Source: Candidatus Saccharimonadales bacterium (lineage in GTDB: Bacteria > Patescibacteriota > Saccharimonadia > Saccharimonadales > OMJO01). From it: DNA of 37,416 bases. Location: assembly GCA_046595225.1 (NCBI GenBank), contig JBKJPJ010000053.1:1-37416 (forward strand), in the 5' to 3' direction. A program made the position numbers and the translations under genes. This document shows, piece by piece, positions 1-9,438 of the stretch; within the stretch, counting starts at the first letter, position 1, and each line of letters opens with the position of its first letter. The notes below the pieces were generated by a model. It ran no database searches, was not told the DNA's origin, and was given only the letters and a program-made list of their open reading frames with translations.

Positions 1-2
1 TG

Positions 3-650
3 AAGCGGCAGGTATTTACGACTGCTATCTTAATTGCGGGAGCGGCACTTGCGCTGCTAGTGGTAATGTTTTTAGGGGTTGGTGTCTGGCAAAAACACGT
101 CATTAGCAGTAATAAACAGGAAATTAAAGATTCAATTAATCAGCTCAAGCAAACCAAGGATCTAAATAAAATATTAACCGTTCAGAATCAGCTTAATAGC
201 CTTGGTAAATTGCATGATAAAAAACCAGTTACTTCCCGACTTTTCACCTATTTACCGCAAGTTACCCCGAATAATCTTACGGTTAGCAGCATAGCTGTTG
301 ATTTTGCTCAGGGAACAATTAATATGGCTGGAGATGCCGATACCATTGGCACAGTGAACAAATTTGTGGATACACTCAAGTTTACAACCTACAAAATTGA
401 AGGTCAGGATGGAGAAAAATTCGCATTTAACCAAGTAGTGTTAGGATCATTCGGCATAAGTGCCGGCAATTCTAAAGGCAAGTCTACAACGTATTCAACC
501 ACATTAAAGGTAGACCCGATTATCTTTGATGGTACTAAAAATGTCAGCCTTTCGGTACCTAAGAGAATAACTACACGATCAGAAACAGAGAAGCCTTCTA
601 ATCTGTTCGATACTATTCCAGCTACTCCATCAACTAACAAGGCGCAGTAA
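3..650 (+). CDS. pilN: Type IV pilus assembly protein PilN-like (5' end outside window)
   Basis: Reading frame is open to the window start. One TM helix (VFTTAILIAGAALALLVVMFLGVGVW) is followed by an extracytoplasmic domain. The gene lies directly upstream of the PilO-like gene and pilB/T/C. Confidence 0.7.
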   Translation, partial: KRQVFTTAILIAGAALALLVVMFLGVGVWQKHVISSNKQEIKDSINQLKQTKDLNKILTVQNQLNSLGKLHDKKPVTSRLFTYLPQVTPNNLTVSSIAVDFAQGTINMAGDADTIGTVNKFVDTLKFTTYKIEGQDGEKFAFNQVVLGSFGISAGNSKGKSTTYSTTLKVDPIIFDGTKNVSLSVPKRITTRSETEKPSNLFDTIPATPSTNKAQ

Positions 651-654
651 AAAT

Positions 655-1323
655 ATGGCAAACTTACAGAATACTACTAAAAGACTTCAGATAGACAAAG
701 CTAATGCCACTATAGTATTGGTTGTGGGCATTACGGCATTCATCGTTGTTTCTTCGTTGATTTTCTGTAAAGCCTTACTAGCTCAGCGATCTTACCAATC
801 TAAGGTCATAAAGGCACAAAACACCGCTAAAAAACAGCTTAAAGAAGATTTAGACAGTGTGAGTACTCTTAAGGTACAATATCAGGCATTCGCTGATCAG
901 GCACAAAATATAATTGGTGGTAGCTCTGGCGGCACAGGAGATCACGATGGCGATAATGCACGAATTGTTTTGGATGCCTTGCCCAGTAAATACGACTTCC
1001 CAGCACTTGCCACCAGCATAGACAAATTACTTACCAATAGTGGTATTAAGGTCAATTCAATAACAGGTTCCGATGATGAGGTCGCCCAAAGTCAAAGTGT
1101 TGCTACTGAACCTGTCGAAATTCCGATTTCTCTTGGTGTATCAGGTTCATATGCGTCTGTTAAGAACTTCGTCAGCTTATTAGAGCGATCGATCAGACCA
1201 ATACAAGTAAAAACCGTAACATTTTCTGGCAACGAAACGGATTTAAGTGTTAGTGTCACTGCCTCCACGTCTTATCGGCCGGCCAAAACACTTAATATTA
1301 AAGAAGAGGTAGTTAAGCCATGA
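655..1323 (+). CDS. pilO: Type IV pilus assembly protein PilO-like
   Basis: N-terminal TM helix, coiled-coil segment, then a C-terminal alpha/beta domain. Position between the PilN-like gene and pilB. Confidence 0.65.
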   Translation: MANLQNTTKRLQIDKANATIVLVVGITAFIVVSSLIFCKALLAQRSYQSKVIKAQNTAKKQLKEDLDSVSTLKVQYQAFADQAQNIIGGSSGGTGDHDGDNARIVLDALPSKYDFPALATSIDKLLTNSGIKVNSITGSDDEVAQSQSVATEPVEIPISLGVSGSYASVKNFVSLLERSIRPIQVKTVTFSGNETDLSVSVTASTSYRPAKTLNIKEEVVKP

Positions 1324-1559
1324 AGCAGAAAGATATCGCCCTGATGTTAGTTATTATCGCTGTTAGCGGTACCATTTCATATTTTGTGGCTAACATCTTT
1401 GTTAGTTCGCCAAGCAAGCATCCCCAAAAAGTTGAAGTTGTAGAGAAGATCTCTAGCGAATTTAATAAACCGGATGCAAAGTACTTCAATGCTCAATCTG
1501 TTAACCCAACTAAGTTAATCCAGATTGGTGATAGTTCCAACGCTACACCGTTTAGATAG
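1320..1559 (+). CDS. Small single-pass membrane protein of the pilus cluster (function unknown)
   Basis: ATGA start/stop overlap with the PilO-like gene. One N-terminal TM helix (IALMLVIIAVSGTISYFVANIF). Position resembles a PilP-type accessory gene but shows no recognisable motif. Confidence 0.5.
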   Translation: MKQKDIALMLVIIAVSGTISYFVANIFVSSPSKHPQKVEVVEKISSEFNKPDAKYFNAQSVNPTKLIQIGDSSNATPFR

Positions 1560-1569
1560 GAGCTAATTC

Positions 1570-3387
1570 ATGAGCGTCCTTTCGACACATACTCAGCAGC
1601 AGGTAGAAGCCAGCTTAGTGAAAGATGGCGTTTTAGTACAATCAAAGCTTGATGAATTAATAGGTAAAGCAGAATCGAGCAAGACCCCCATATTCTCACT
1701 ATTAGTTAGCGAGGGGCATGTGAGTAACGAGGCACTCACTAAGGCAATAGCTTCGGCAAATAAGGTGCCGTATGTAAACTTGAGTAATGCCAAAGTATCC
1801 GAAGATGTATTGGAACTTTTACCTCAGGATATTGCTGAACGGTACATGGCAGTTCCACTTGGCGAGATGCAACACCGTTTAGTTGTAGCCATGCTCGACG
1901 CCGATAATGTCCAAGCGGTAGACTTTTTATCTAACAAGATTGGCCGTCCACTCAAAGTGTATGCAGCCAGTGAAGAAGGAATTAAAAAAGTACTAGCTGA
2001 GTATGGCCAGAGTGTAGATACCAGTAGTTTTGATGACCTTAAATCTGGTTCAGGCGGCATAAAAGGTTTGGAAGAAGCTCTTGAAGGCCAGGCAGATAAC
2101 ATAATTGGAAGTATTGGTCGGGTAGAAAATCTGGAGGCTGTTCAAGATTCACCAATCAGTAAAATTCTGTCTAGTGTCCTCAGTTATGCAGTTAAACACC
2201 GAGCTAGCGATATACATATTGAACCCCAAGAGAAGTTTTTAAAAATTCGGTGTCGAATTGACGGAATTTTACGCGAAATAATGAAGCTTCCCAAAAGCAC
2301 CGAACCGCCTTTAATATCCCGAGTAAAAATCTTATCCAACTTAAAAATAGATGAGCACCGCATACCTCAAGATGGTCAATTTAGTATTAATACCGGCAAG
2401 AGTACTATTGACCTCCGTATTGCAATATCTCCGGTGGTCTGGGGTGAACAAGTCGTAATTCGTTTGCTAGACAAAACCGGCACCAGCCTTTTGTTAGAAG
2501 ATATGGGTTATCGGGGTAGGGCCCTCAGGACCATCCGGGAAGGCCTTAAACGACCCAACGGCATGATTCTTACATCAGGTCCTACTGGCTCGGGTAAATC
2601 GACCTCGCTGTATGCATTGCTCCAAGAAATTAAGAGTGATGATATCAACATCGTTACACTGGAAGACCCTGTTGAATATAAAATGGATGGCATTAACCAG
2701 ATTCAAGTTAATCCGGATATCGGGCTTACGTTTGCTACGGGTCTGCGTTCGGTACTACGCCAAGACCCCGATGTGGTGATGGTCGGAGAAATTCGTGATA
2801 AAGAAACCGCAACATTAGCTATTCAAGCAGCGCTCACCGGGCACTTAGTTTTCTCTACATTGCACACTAATTCAGCTGCAGGTATTTTGCCCCGTTTGCT
2901 CGATATGGAGGTCGAGCCCTTCTTAATAGCCTCTACCGTGCATACTGTTATTGGCCAAAGACTAGTCCGCAAGATAGGTGCTGGTAAAGAAAGTTATCAG
3001 TCGGACATCGCCGAAACGGAGGGTGTCCGCAAGTCTATTGGCCGATATCTGCCTGCTAGTGACAAGGACATAGCCGCTGCGGCCAAAGATTTAGGCTATG
3101 AAAACTTGCCACTTAAAGACCAAAAAGCTTATACTTTGTTTAAGGGCCAAGATAGCGCCGATAGCCCCGGCGGATACAAAGGTAGAATGGGCCTGTTTGA
3201 AGTCTTTGAGGTTTCCGACAAGATTCAAGATCTGATAATCAAGCGAGCTTCGAGCGGCGATATTCAAAAAGCTGCCCAAGAAGAGCAGGGAATGCTTATC
3301 ATGCGCGAAGACGGCTACCTGAAAGCACTCAACGGAGAAACAACCATAACAGAGGTTAACCGCGTCGCAGCCGCCGATGCTGCTTAA
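1570..3387 (+). CDS. pilB: Type IV pilus assembly (extension) ATPase PilB / GspE family
   Basis: N-terminal GspE_N-like domain, Walker A GPTGSGKST, DPDVVMVGEIRD, His box GHLVFSTLHTN. 605 aa. Confidence 0.93.
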   Translation: MSVLSTHTQQQVEASLVKDGVLVQSKLDELIGKAESSKTPIFSLLVSEGHVSNEALTKAIASANKVPYVNLSNAKVSEDVLELLPQDIAERYMAVPLGEMQHRLVVAMLDADNVQAVDFLSNKIGRPLKVYAASEEGIKKVLAEYGQSVDTSSFDDLKSGSGGIKGLEEALEGQADNIIGSIGRVENLEAVQDSPISKILSSVLSYAVKHRASDIHIEPQEKFLKIRCRIDGILREIMKLPKSTEPPLISRVKILSNLKIDEHRIPQDGQFSINTGKSTIDLRIAISPVVWGEQVVIRLLDKTGTSLLLEDMGYRGRALRTIREGLKRPNGMILTSGPTGSGKSTSLYALLQEIKSDDINIVTLEDPVEYKMDGINQIQVNPDIGLTFATGLRSVLRQDPDVVMVGEIRDKETATLAIQAALTGHLVFSTLHTNSAAGILPRLLDMEVEPFLIASTVHTVIGQRLVRKIGAGKESYQSDIAETEGVRKSIGRYLPASDKDIAAAAKDLGYENLPLKDQKAYTLFKGQDSADSPGGYKGRMGLFEVFEVSDKIQDLIIKRASSGDIQKAAQEEQGMLIMREDGYLKALNGETTITEVNRVAAADAA

Positions 3388-3413
3388 ATAGATATTATAA
3401 AATAGGGGTGGAA

Positions 3414-4481
3414 ATGTTAGCACAACCAAGAATAGAAATACTACTCGAAGAAGTTATTAAAAAGAAGGCCTCCGACCTTCACTTACAAGTAGGCTTGCAG
3501 CCAATGCTTCGGGTAGATGGTGCGTTGATGCCCGTTTCCGGGACTGATCCGTTAACCGAAGAAAGTATTGAACTCCTTATTTTTGCAATCCTCGATGAAG
3601 ATCAAAAGCAAATTTTGCTTAAAGATAAAGAATTTGACTTCAGTTTTGCTTTTGGTGACCTAGGGCGTTTTCGGGTGAATGCATTCCATGAGCGCGGCAA
3701 CTTGGCGGCAGCCCTCCGTTTAATCCCTAACGAAATTCTAACTATTGAGCAACTTGGTTTACCGCAAATTGCTAATAAATTTGCAGACTACCCCCGCGGG
3801 TTAGTACTTGTAACGGGGCCAACCGGTTCGGGTAAGTCCACTACATTGGCCGCTTTAGTCCATAAAATTAATGACGAACGTGCTTCGCACATTATTACCA
3901 TCGAAGATCCAATTGAGTTCACCCATAAATCTAAGAAATCAGTCATTGTTCAAAGAGAAGTGCACTATGACACCTACTCGTTCTCGGCAGCTCTGCGCTC
4001 CTGTTTGCGGGAAGACCCAGATGTCGTACTCATTGGGGAAATGCGTGATCTTGAGACCATTGCAGCGGCTATTACGATTGCTGAAACTGGTCACCTGGTT
4101 TTTGCTACTTTGCACACCAACTCGGCGGCTCAAAGTATTGATCGTATGATTGATGTGTTTCCACCCCACCAACAACCTCAGATTCGAGCTCAGCTTTCAA
4201 ATATCTTAATGGCAATCTGTTCACAGCGGTTACTGCCTTCTATCGGCGGCGGGCGAGTGGCGGCAGCAGAAATTCTGATTGCTACTCCGGCCGTTCGAAA
4301 CATCATACGTGAAGGCAAAAGCCACCAGTTAGAAGCCGTCATCCAGACGGGTGCAGAGTTTGGCATGCAATCTATGGACAAAACTCTGGCTTCACTAATC
4401 CATGCAGGGACTATTACCTACGATGAGGCTCGGAACTACGCCGTCGACCTAGATGAATTAGATAGGCTAATGAGGAATTAA
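3414..4481 (+). CDS. pilT: Twitching-motility (retraction) ATPase PilT
   Basis: Walker A GPTGSGKST, DPDVVLIGEMRD, GHLVFATLHTNSA and a PilT-type AVRNIIREGK motif. ATG at 3414 follows GGGGTGG; the GTG at 3408 is an alternative start. Confidence 0.92.
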   Translation: MLAQPRIEILLEEVIKKKASDLHLQVGLQPMLRVDGALMPVSGTDPLTEESIELLIFAILDEDQKQILLKDKEFDFSFAFGDLGRFRVNAFHERGNLAAALRLIPNEILTIEQLGLPQIANKFADYPRGLVLVTGPTGSGKSTTLAALVHKINDERASHIITIEDPIEFTHKSKKSVIVQREVHYDTYSFSAALRSCLREDPDVVLIGEMRDLETIAAAITIAETGHLVFATLHTNSAAQSIDRMIDVFPPHQQPQIRAQLSNILMAICSQRLLPSIGGGRVAAAEILIATPAVRNIIREGKSHQLEAVIQTGAEFGMQSMDKTLASLIHAGTITYDEARNYAVDLDELDRLMRN

Positions 4482-4489
4482 TAACAACC

Positions 4490-5710
4490 ATGCCATTGAC
4501 ATATAACTTCACCGCTAAGAACGCCAAAACAGGGGAAACCGTTAAATCATCAGTGCAGGCCGATAACGAGCAGGCTGCTAGTAAATTAATTAAAGCACAA
4601 GGTCTAGCTCCCCTCAAGCTAAGTTTAGACAACGATACCAGTAAAGGTTTTGGTAAATATTTAAACCGTATTAAAGCGAAGGATAAAATTCTTTTTTCAC
4701 GGCAACTTTCTACACTGATTAATGCTGGATTACCCCTTGTACAAAGCTTAAGAAGTGTTGGTAAGCAAGCAACGAATAAATCATTTAAAGCCATTATTAA
4801 TCAGGTCATCACCGATGTAGAGGCCGGTGCTTCATTTTCTAACGCGCTCAGTAAACACCCGAGAGTTTTCAATGAAATATTTATAAGCATGGTGGCAGCT
4901 GGGGAAGCTTCAGGTACGCTGGATGCTGCACTAGAACGGATTGCCAATCAGCAAGAGAAAGATGCCGAAATCCTGAGTAAGGTCCGAGGAGCTATGGTCT
5001 ACCCGGCCGTAGTTATCTTTGTGATGGTGGCAGTAGTGGGCTTCATGGTTGTAAAGGTATTACCGCAGGTAGAAATCTTGTATAAGGGGATAGCCGGCGC
5101 CCAACTACCGCTAATAACTCGAATAATGCTCGCTGTTTCGCACTTTGTTACTAAGTTTTGGTGGTTGGTTATTATCCTCTTCGTGGTTGGGGGAATATTT
5201 ACTTCGCGATGGGCTCGTACTCTAGCGGGTAAAAGAGTTGTGGACAAAGTAAAAATGAAGGCTTGGCCGTTTGGTGGCTTGTTCATGAAGGTTTACATGG
5301 CTCGCTTTGCCAGGACGTCACAGACGCTGGTATCGAGCGGTGTACCGCTATTACAAGTTTTAGATATAACAGCTAAATCTATAAATAATGTACATATTTC
5401 AGATTCTTTAAAAGCCGCCTCCGAAAAAGTCAAAGGGGGAAAGGCACTTTCGGACTCAATTACTGACGATTCTAACTTTCTTGAGCTCGTCCCAAATATG
5501 ATTCGTATTGGTGAACAATCCGGGTCTTTAGAGGCCATGCTTTCTAAAGTTGCGGATTACTATGAAAGAGAAGTTGATAACGAGATTAAGACGGTCTCTA
5601 CTATAATCGAACCGTTATTAATGGTTATCTTGGGTGTAGTAGCTTTTGCGGTTGTTGCAGCGGTATTATTACCGATCTATGGTTTGGCCAATCAGACCAT
5701 AATTAAGTAA
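4490..5710 (+). CDS. pilC: Type IV pilus platform protein PilC (GspF family)
   Basis: Two GspF-type repeats with three TM segments, 406 aa, immediately downstream of pilT. Confidence 0.9.
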   Translation: MPLTYNFTAKNAKTGETVKSSVQADNEQAASKLIKAQGLAPLKLSLDNDTSKGFGKYLNRIKAKDKILFSRQLSTLINAGLPLVQSLRSVGKQATNKSFKAIINQVITDVEAGASFSNALSKHPRVFNEIFISMVAAGEASGTLDAALERIANQQEKDAEILSKVRGAMVYPAVVIFVMVAVVGFMVVKVLPQVEILYKGIAGAQLPLITRIMLAVSHFVTKFWWLVIILFVVGGIFTSRWARTLAGKRVVDKVKMKAWPFGGLFMKVYMARFARTSQTLVSSGVPLLQVLDITAKSINNVHISDSLKAASEKVKGGKALSDSITDDSNFLELVPNMIRIGEQSGSLEAMLSKVADYYEREVDNEIKTVSTIIEPLLMVILGVVAFAVVAAVLLPIYGLANQTIIK

Positions 5711-5811
5711 ACGAGCTGTGGAAAAGCTTAATAAGGCTTGCTTTTTACTCACGGTAGCGTATCATCTAACCATAAGTATAATAATCAAACTGCAAAGGGG
5801 GCATTTGCATA

Positions 5812-6339
5812 ATGCTAAACAAACTACGTAAACAAACAGCGGGCTTCACCATTATCGAAGTCTTGATCGTTCTGGCAATTGCTGGATTAATTCTATTAAT
5901 CGTGTTCTTGGCAGTTCCTGCCTTGCAACGTAACAGCCGAAATACTAGCCGTAAGAATGACGTAGCATCCATCTTAGGTGCAATAACTGAGTACACTAAT
6001 AACAACAGTGGCCAGTTACCAACTGACCACTTAGGTGCATCAAACATGCTTGCAAATGCAAAACTTGGCTTCTACAAAAGTGGCACGGCTACTGCAACTA
6101 CACCTTTGACAACTGCGATTCCGCTTGGGGATGTTAATGTAATGGCATCTAATACGGCAATTACTACAGGAACTCCTCCAGTACCACCAGCTGCCAGTAC
6201 GGTATATATCCGATTAGGAGGCAAATGTAATGCTGCAGGTAACGATGTTGGTGGAAGTGGTGCTTCATCGCGCAGCACAGCGGCCGTTTACAGCGTTGAT
6301 ACATCTTCCGGTACTCAATCAGTTTGCCAAGACAACTAG
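5812..6339 (+). CDS. pilA: Major type IV pilin (prepilin)
   Basis: Class III signal (KQTAG|FTIIEVLIVLAIAGLILLIVF) with Glu at +5, a Thr/Ala/Pro-rich middle and a C-terminal Cys pair (GGKCNAAG...SVCQDN). Its own terminator follows. Confidence 0.88.
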   Translation: MLNKLRKQTAGFTIIEVLIVLAIAGLILLIVFLAVPALQRNSRNTSRKNDVASILGAITEYTNNNSGQLPTDHLGASNMLANAKLGFYKSGTATATTPLTTAIPLGDVNVMASNTAITTGTPPVPPAASTVYIRLGGKCNAAGNDVGGSGASSRSTAAVYSVDTSSGTQSVCQDN

Positions 6340-6361
6340 TAATTAACAGTAACTAAAAATT

Positions 6362-6388
6362 AAAGCGGGCATTAATGCCCGCTTTTTC
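6362..6388 (+). terminator. Intrinsic terminator after the pilin gene
   Basis: AGCGGGCAT/ATGCCCGCT stem followed by TTTTT. Confidence 0.8.
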
Positions 6389-6407
6389 GTATGTTACTAT
6401 TAAAGTA

Positions 6408-7229
6408 ATGATTATTGTTGTGCTTATATTGCTAGGCCTATGTGCAGGGAGTTTTGTGAACGCGCTCGTTTGGCGTATCCACGAGCAGCAGAAAACCAAG
6501 AAACTACGTAAAGAGTTATCTATCGCCAAAGGGCGGTCTATGTGCCCTCACTGCAAGCATACGCTTGCCTGGTATGATCTTTTGCCGGTAATGAGCTGGG
6601 TTGCTTTGAAAGGCAAGTGCCGATACTGCAAGAAAGGTATTTCAGCACAATATCCGTTGGTAGAACTATCCACTTCAGCACTTTTCGTGTTGTCCTACTA
6701 TGCGTGGTCTCATCCATTTAACGCTAGTCACACAACAGGCCTTATACTCTGGCTTATAACTTTGGTAGGCTTGATGGCTTTATTTATTTATGATTTACGT
6801 TGGATGCTACTTCCCAACCGTATTTTATTCCCACTGTTTATTCCGGCGGTGGCCTATAGCTTAGTCAATATTGCGGGTGCTACGAACCCTTTACGGGCAG
6901 CATTGGATAATCTGGTATCTGTAATTTTCTTAGGTGGCTTATTCTGGATATTATTCCAGGTATCCAATGGAAAATGGATCGGTGGCGGTGACGTTAAGTT
7001 AGGGTTCTTACTGGGGCTGTTAGTTGGCCTACCGAGCCATAGTATTCTTACTTTATTTTTAGGTTCCCTCATAGGTACAGTGATAGCGGTACCTCTATTA
7101 CTAACACATAAAGCTAAAACGACAACCCGGCTACCCTTTGGGCCTTTTTTAATAACTGCCAGTGTATTTGTAGTTTTATATGGTACCCAGACAATAGATT
7201 GGTATAACCGAATTTTTCTACTCACCTAG
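6408..7229 (+). CDS. pilD: Prepilin peptidase PilD (A24 family) with N-terminal zinc-binding CxxC pairs
   Basis: CPHC...CRYC pairs and the conserved Asp motifs IYDLRWMLLP and GGGDVKL, in a multi-TM protein. The tracked ATG at 6375 lies inside the pilA terminator stem. The ATG at 6408 sits 7 nt after a TACTAT -10. Confidence 0.85.
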   Translation: MIIVVLILLGLCAGSFVNALVWRIHEQQKTKKLRKELSIAKGRSMCPHCKHTLAWYDLLPVMSWVALKGKCRYCKKGISAQYPLVELSTSALFVLSYYAWSHPFNASHTTGLILWLITLVGLMALFIYDLRWMLLPNRILFPLFIPAVAYSLVNIAGATNPLRAALDNLVSVIFLGGLFWILFQVSNGKWIGGGDVKLGFLLGLLVGLPSHSILTLFLGSLIGTVIAVPLLLTHKAKTTTRLPFGPFLITASVFVVLYGTQTIDWYNRIFLLT

Positions 7230-7256
7230 TATGTTGCTTATGCTATACTATCTCTC

Positions 7257-8153
7257 ATGAAGGGTGGTACAACCGCCAGTGGTTACACGATTGTAGAAGT
7301 AATGATATTCTTGGCGGTAACAGGGATACTATTTGTGGTAGCAATGGTGATGATCAACGGTCAACAGAATAAGGCAAATTTTGCTCAAGGAGTGCGCGAC
7401 TTCCAAGCCGCCATTGACGACAGCATCAATGATATTCGTAATGGTAACTTCCCCCAGAAATCCGGTAATTATGTTTGTACCGTCGCCACTCCTAGTTCTC
7501 CAACCTCTCCACCCTCCTTTGGCATCGGTGCACCGGCTGATGACAATACAGTTCAGGGGAGTCACGAGAAGTGCGTATTTCTTGGTAAAGTAGTCCAATA
7601 TGGTTCAAATTGGGATAGAGCCGAAGTATATACCACAGTAGGGCGTCGTTTGAATGCTAGTGGTAAAGACCCTGAGAATTTTGCCCAAGCACTACCGGTT
7701 ATTCCAACTGGATCCGATGCTCTTCGTGAGTCGTTTACGATTCAAGGAGGATTGAATGTTAAATCTATTCGGTTTAAAACAACTGCACCTGTGCCATATT
7801 CGGTCTGGGCTATAGGATTCTTTAACTCATTTACCAATTCTAATAATCCCCTAAACCCCCAAAATAACGGATTGGTAACAGTATTACCTGTACAGGGGAC
7901 AACTGACGGATCTTCCGGTGGAGATCCGGCTAGTGTGGTGGACGGTGCTTCGGGTTGGGTTACAGCTACTGCCGATGCAGATGCCGGCTTGGCCAAAAAG
8001 ATAGTAATATGCTTGCAGCAGGGTAGTGGAGGTAAGGTTGCCGCTTTGATTATTGGTGAAAATGGAGATTCAAATACTACCAGTTTACATATAGATGATG
8101 CCGATACTGCTGCAAACAATATTTTAGGAGGGACACTAAATTGTTCAACATAA
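7257..8153 (+). CDS. Minor pilin / pseudopilin (prepilin-type N-terminal cleavage domain)
   Basis: N-terminus MKGGTTASG|YTIVEVMIFLAVTGILF. Extended -10 TGcTATACT (7241-7249) lies 7 nt upstream of the ATG. Confidence 0.75.
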   Translation: MKGGTTASGYTIVEVMIFLAVTGILFVVAMVMINGQQNKANFAQGVRDFQAAIDDSINDIRNGNFPQKSGNYVCTVATPSSPTSPPSFGIGAPADDNTVQGSHEKCVFLGKVVQYGSNWDRAEVYTTVGRRLNASGKDPENFAQALPVIPTGSDALRESFTIQGGLNVKSIRFKTTAPVPYSVWAIGFFNSFTNSNNPLNPQNNGLVTVLPVQGTTDGSSGGDPASVVDGASGWVTATADADAGLAKKIVICLQQGSGGKVAALIIGENGDSNTTSLHIDDADTAANNILGGTLNCST

Positions 8154-8773
8154 AAAAACTTAAGCAAACTGGGGACACCATTGTAGAAGTGCTGATATGC
8201 CTAGCAATTGTCAGTGGTGGCTTAACTATTAGCTATGGCACAGCCAGGCGGTCATTATACCAAATTCGTGATGCACAAGAACGCGGCGAAATGCTTAGCC
8301 TGGGCCAGACTGAGCTTGAACTTCTAAAGAATGAACTTAATAATGATCCGCAAAATGATTTTTATGACAAAATAAGCGGGTTTTTGCCGGCTCCGTCGAT
8401 TGTCCCTGTGCCAGCCAATGCCACAAACCGCGCATTCTGTATAACTAATAAAAAACAAGTTTTTGCTAACATAACGGATCCAAGAGATCCCGCTTGTGCC
8501 GTTAATCAATCAGGTGAGTTTTATATGGATGGAACTGGTTTTGGGAGTCCACCACCTACCACTCCAGATACTGTTGACCTAACACACCCATATCGAACCG
8601 GCATAGTGTACCACCCGTATGCGTCTAATGATCCAGCACCTGCTACTCGTGATGAGTACAGCTTTTTAGATGAGTGGTATGTTTTGAGCGGAAGATACGG
8701 AGCTGGGGGTTACGGCAACGAGCGTGCTTTTTCAGTAGTACCCCTAATGTACAGGCAACATCCAAGTTTATGA
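8141..8773 (+). CDS. Minor pilin / pseudopilin
   Basis: TTG start preceded by AGGAGG. N-terminus KQTG|DTIVEVLICLAIVSGGL. Confidence 0.7.
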   Translation: MFNIKKLKQTGDTIVEVLICLAIVSGGLTISYGTARRSLYQIRDAQERGEMLSLGQTELELLKNELNNDPQNDFYDKISGFLPAPSIVPVPANATNRAFCITNKKQVFANITDPRDPACAVNQSGEFYMDGTGFGSPPPTTPDTVDLTHPYRTGIVYHPYASNDPAPATRDEYSFLDEWYVLSGRYGAGGYGNERAFSVVPLMYRQHPSL

Positions 8774-9438
8774 AACAGAATAATTCAGCTGGCTTTACGA
8801 TTATTGAACTAATGATAGCTACCAGTGTGTTGGCAATGCTTTTGCTTTTAATAGCTACTGTCTCTTTACAAATAGGCAAACTTTTTTATAAGGGAGTATC
8901 CAGCTCTAGAACCCAGGAGACAGTTCGCGATATAACTACTGGTATAAGTCGAAATATTCAATATACATCTGGGACTATTCAGGTTCTAAAAACGCCTACA
9001 GCTCTTTCTACCTCGGCTGACCCCGCCGGTACTCTGTATGAGCGAGGAGCAGTCTGTGTGGGGCAAACCAGATATTGGTATGCAAAGAATAAAAAGGTTA
9101 GTGGCAATCAACACGCTCTATGGGTAGACAACAAGGGCAGTTCCAGCTGTGTCATTCCTACGGCATTAGAAATGAATCCGGCAAGTGGACCCCCTAGCTC
9201 AGGTGGTCGAGAATTAGTGGCCTCAGGAATGCAGTTAAGCAAATTTAACGTGGAAAATTTAGGTACTAACCCGTTCTTCTGGAGCGTTGATGCCGGGGTA
9301 GCATTAGGCGATGCAGGTGGTGATGATATTTTTACGCACGACAGCGATAAGTATATTACAGGTTGTGTCAGTAGCAACCAAGGTGGTCAATTTTGTGATG
9401 TGGCAGAACTTAAATTAGGAGTAAACCAATGGCGGTAA
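8770..9438 (+). CDS. Minor pilin / pseudopilin
   Basis: ATGA overlap with the previous gene. N-terminus MKQNNSAG|FTIIELMIATSVLAMLLLL. The upstream 32 codons of the tracked ORF are not needed. Confidence 0.75.
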   Translation: MKQNNSAGFTIIELMIATSVLAMLLLLIATVSLQIGKLFYKGVSSSRTQETVRDITTGISRNIQYTSGTIQVLKTPTALSTSADPAGTLYERGAVCVGQTRYWYAKNKKVSGNQHALWVDNKGSSSCVIPTALEMNPASGPPSSGGRELVASGMQLSKFNVENLGTNPFFWSVDAGVALGDAGGDDIFTHDSDKYITGCVSSNQGGQFCDVAELKLGVNQWR

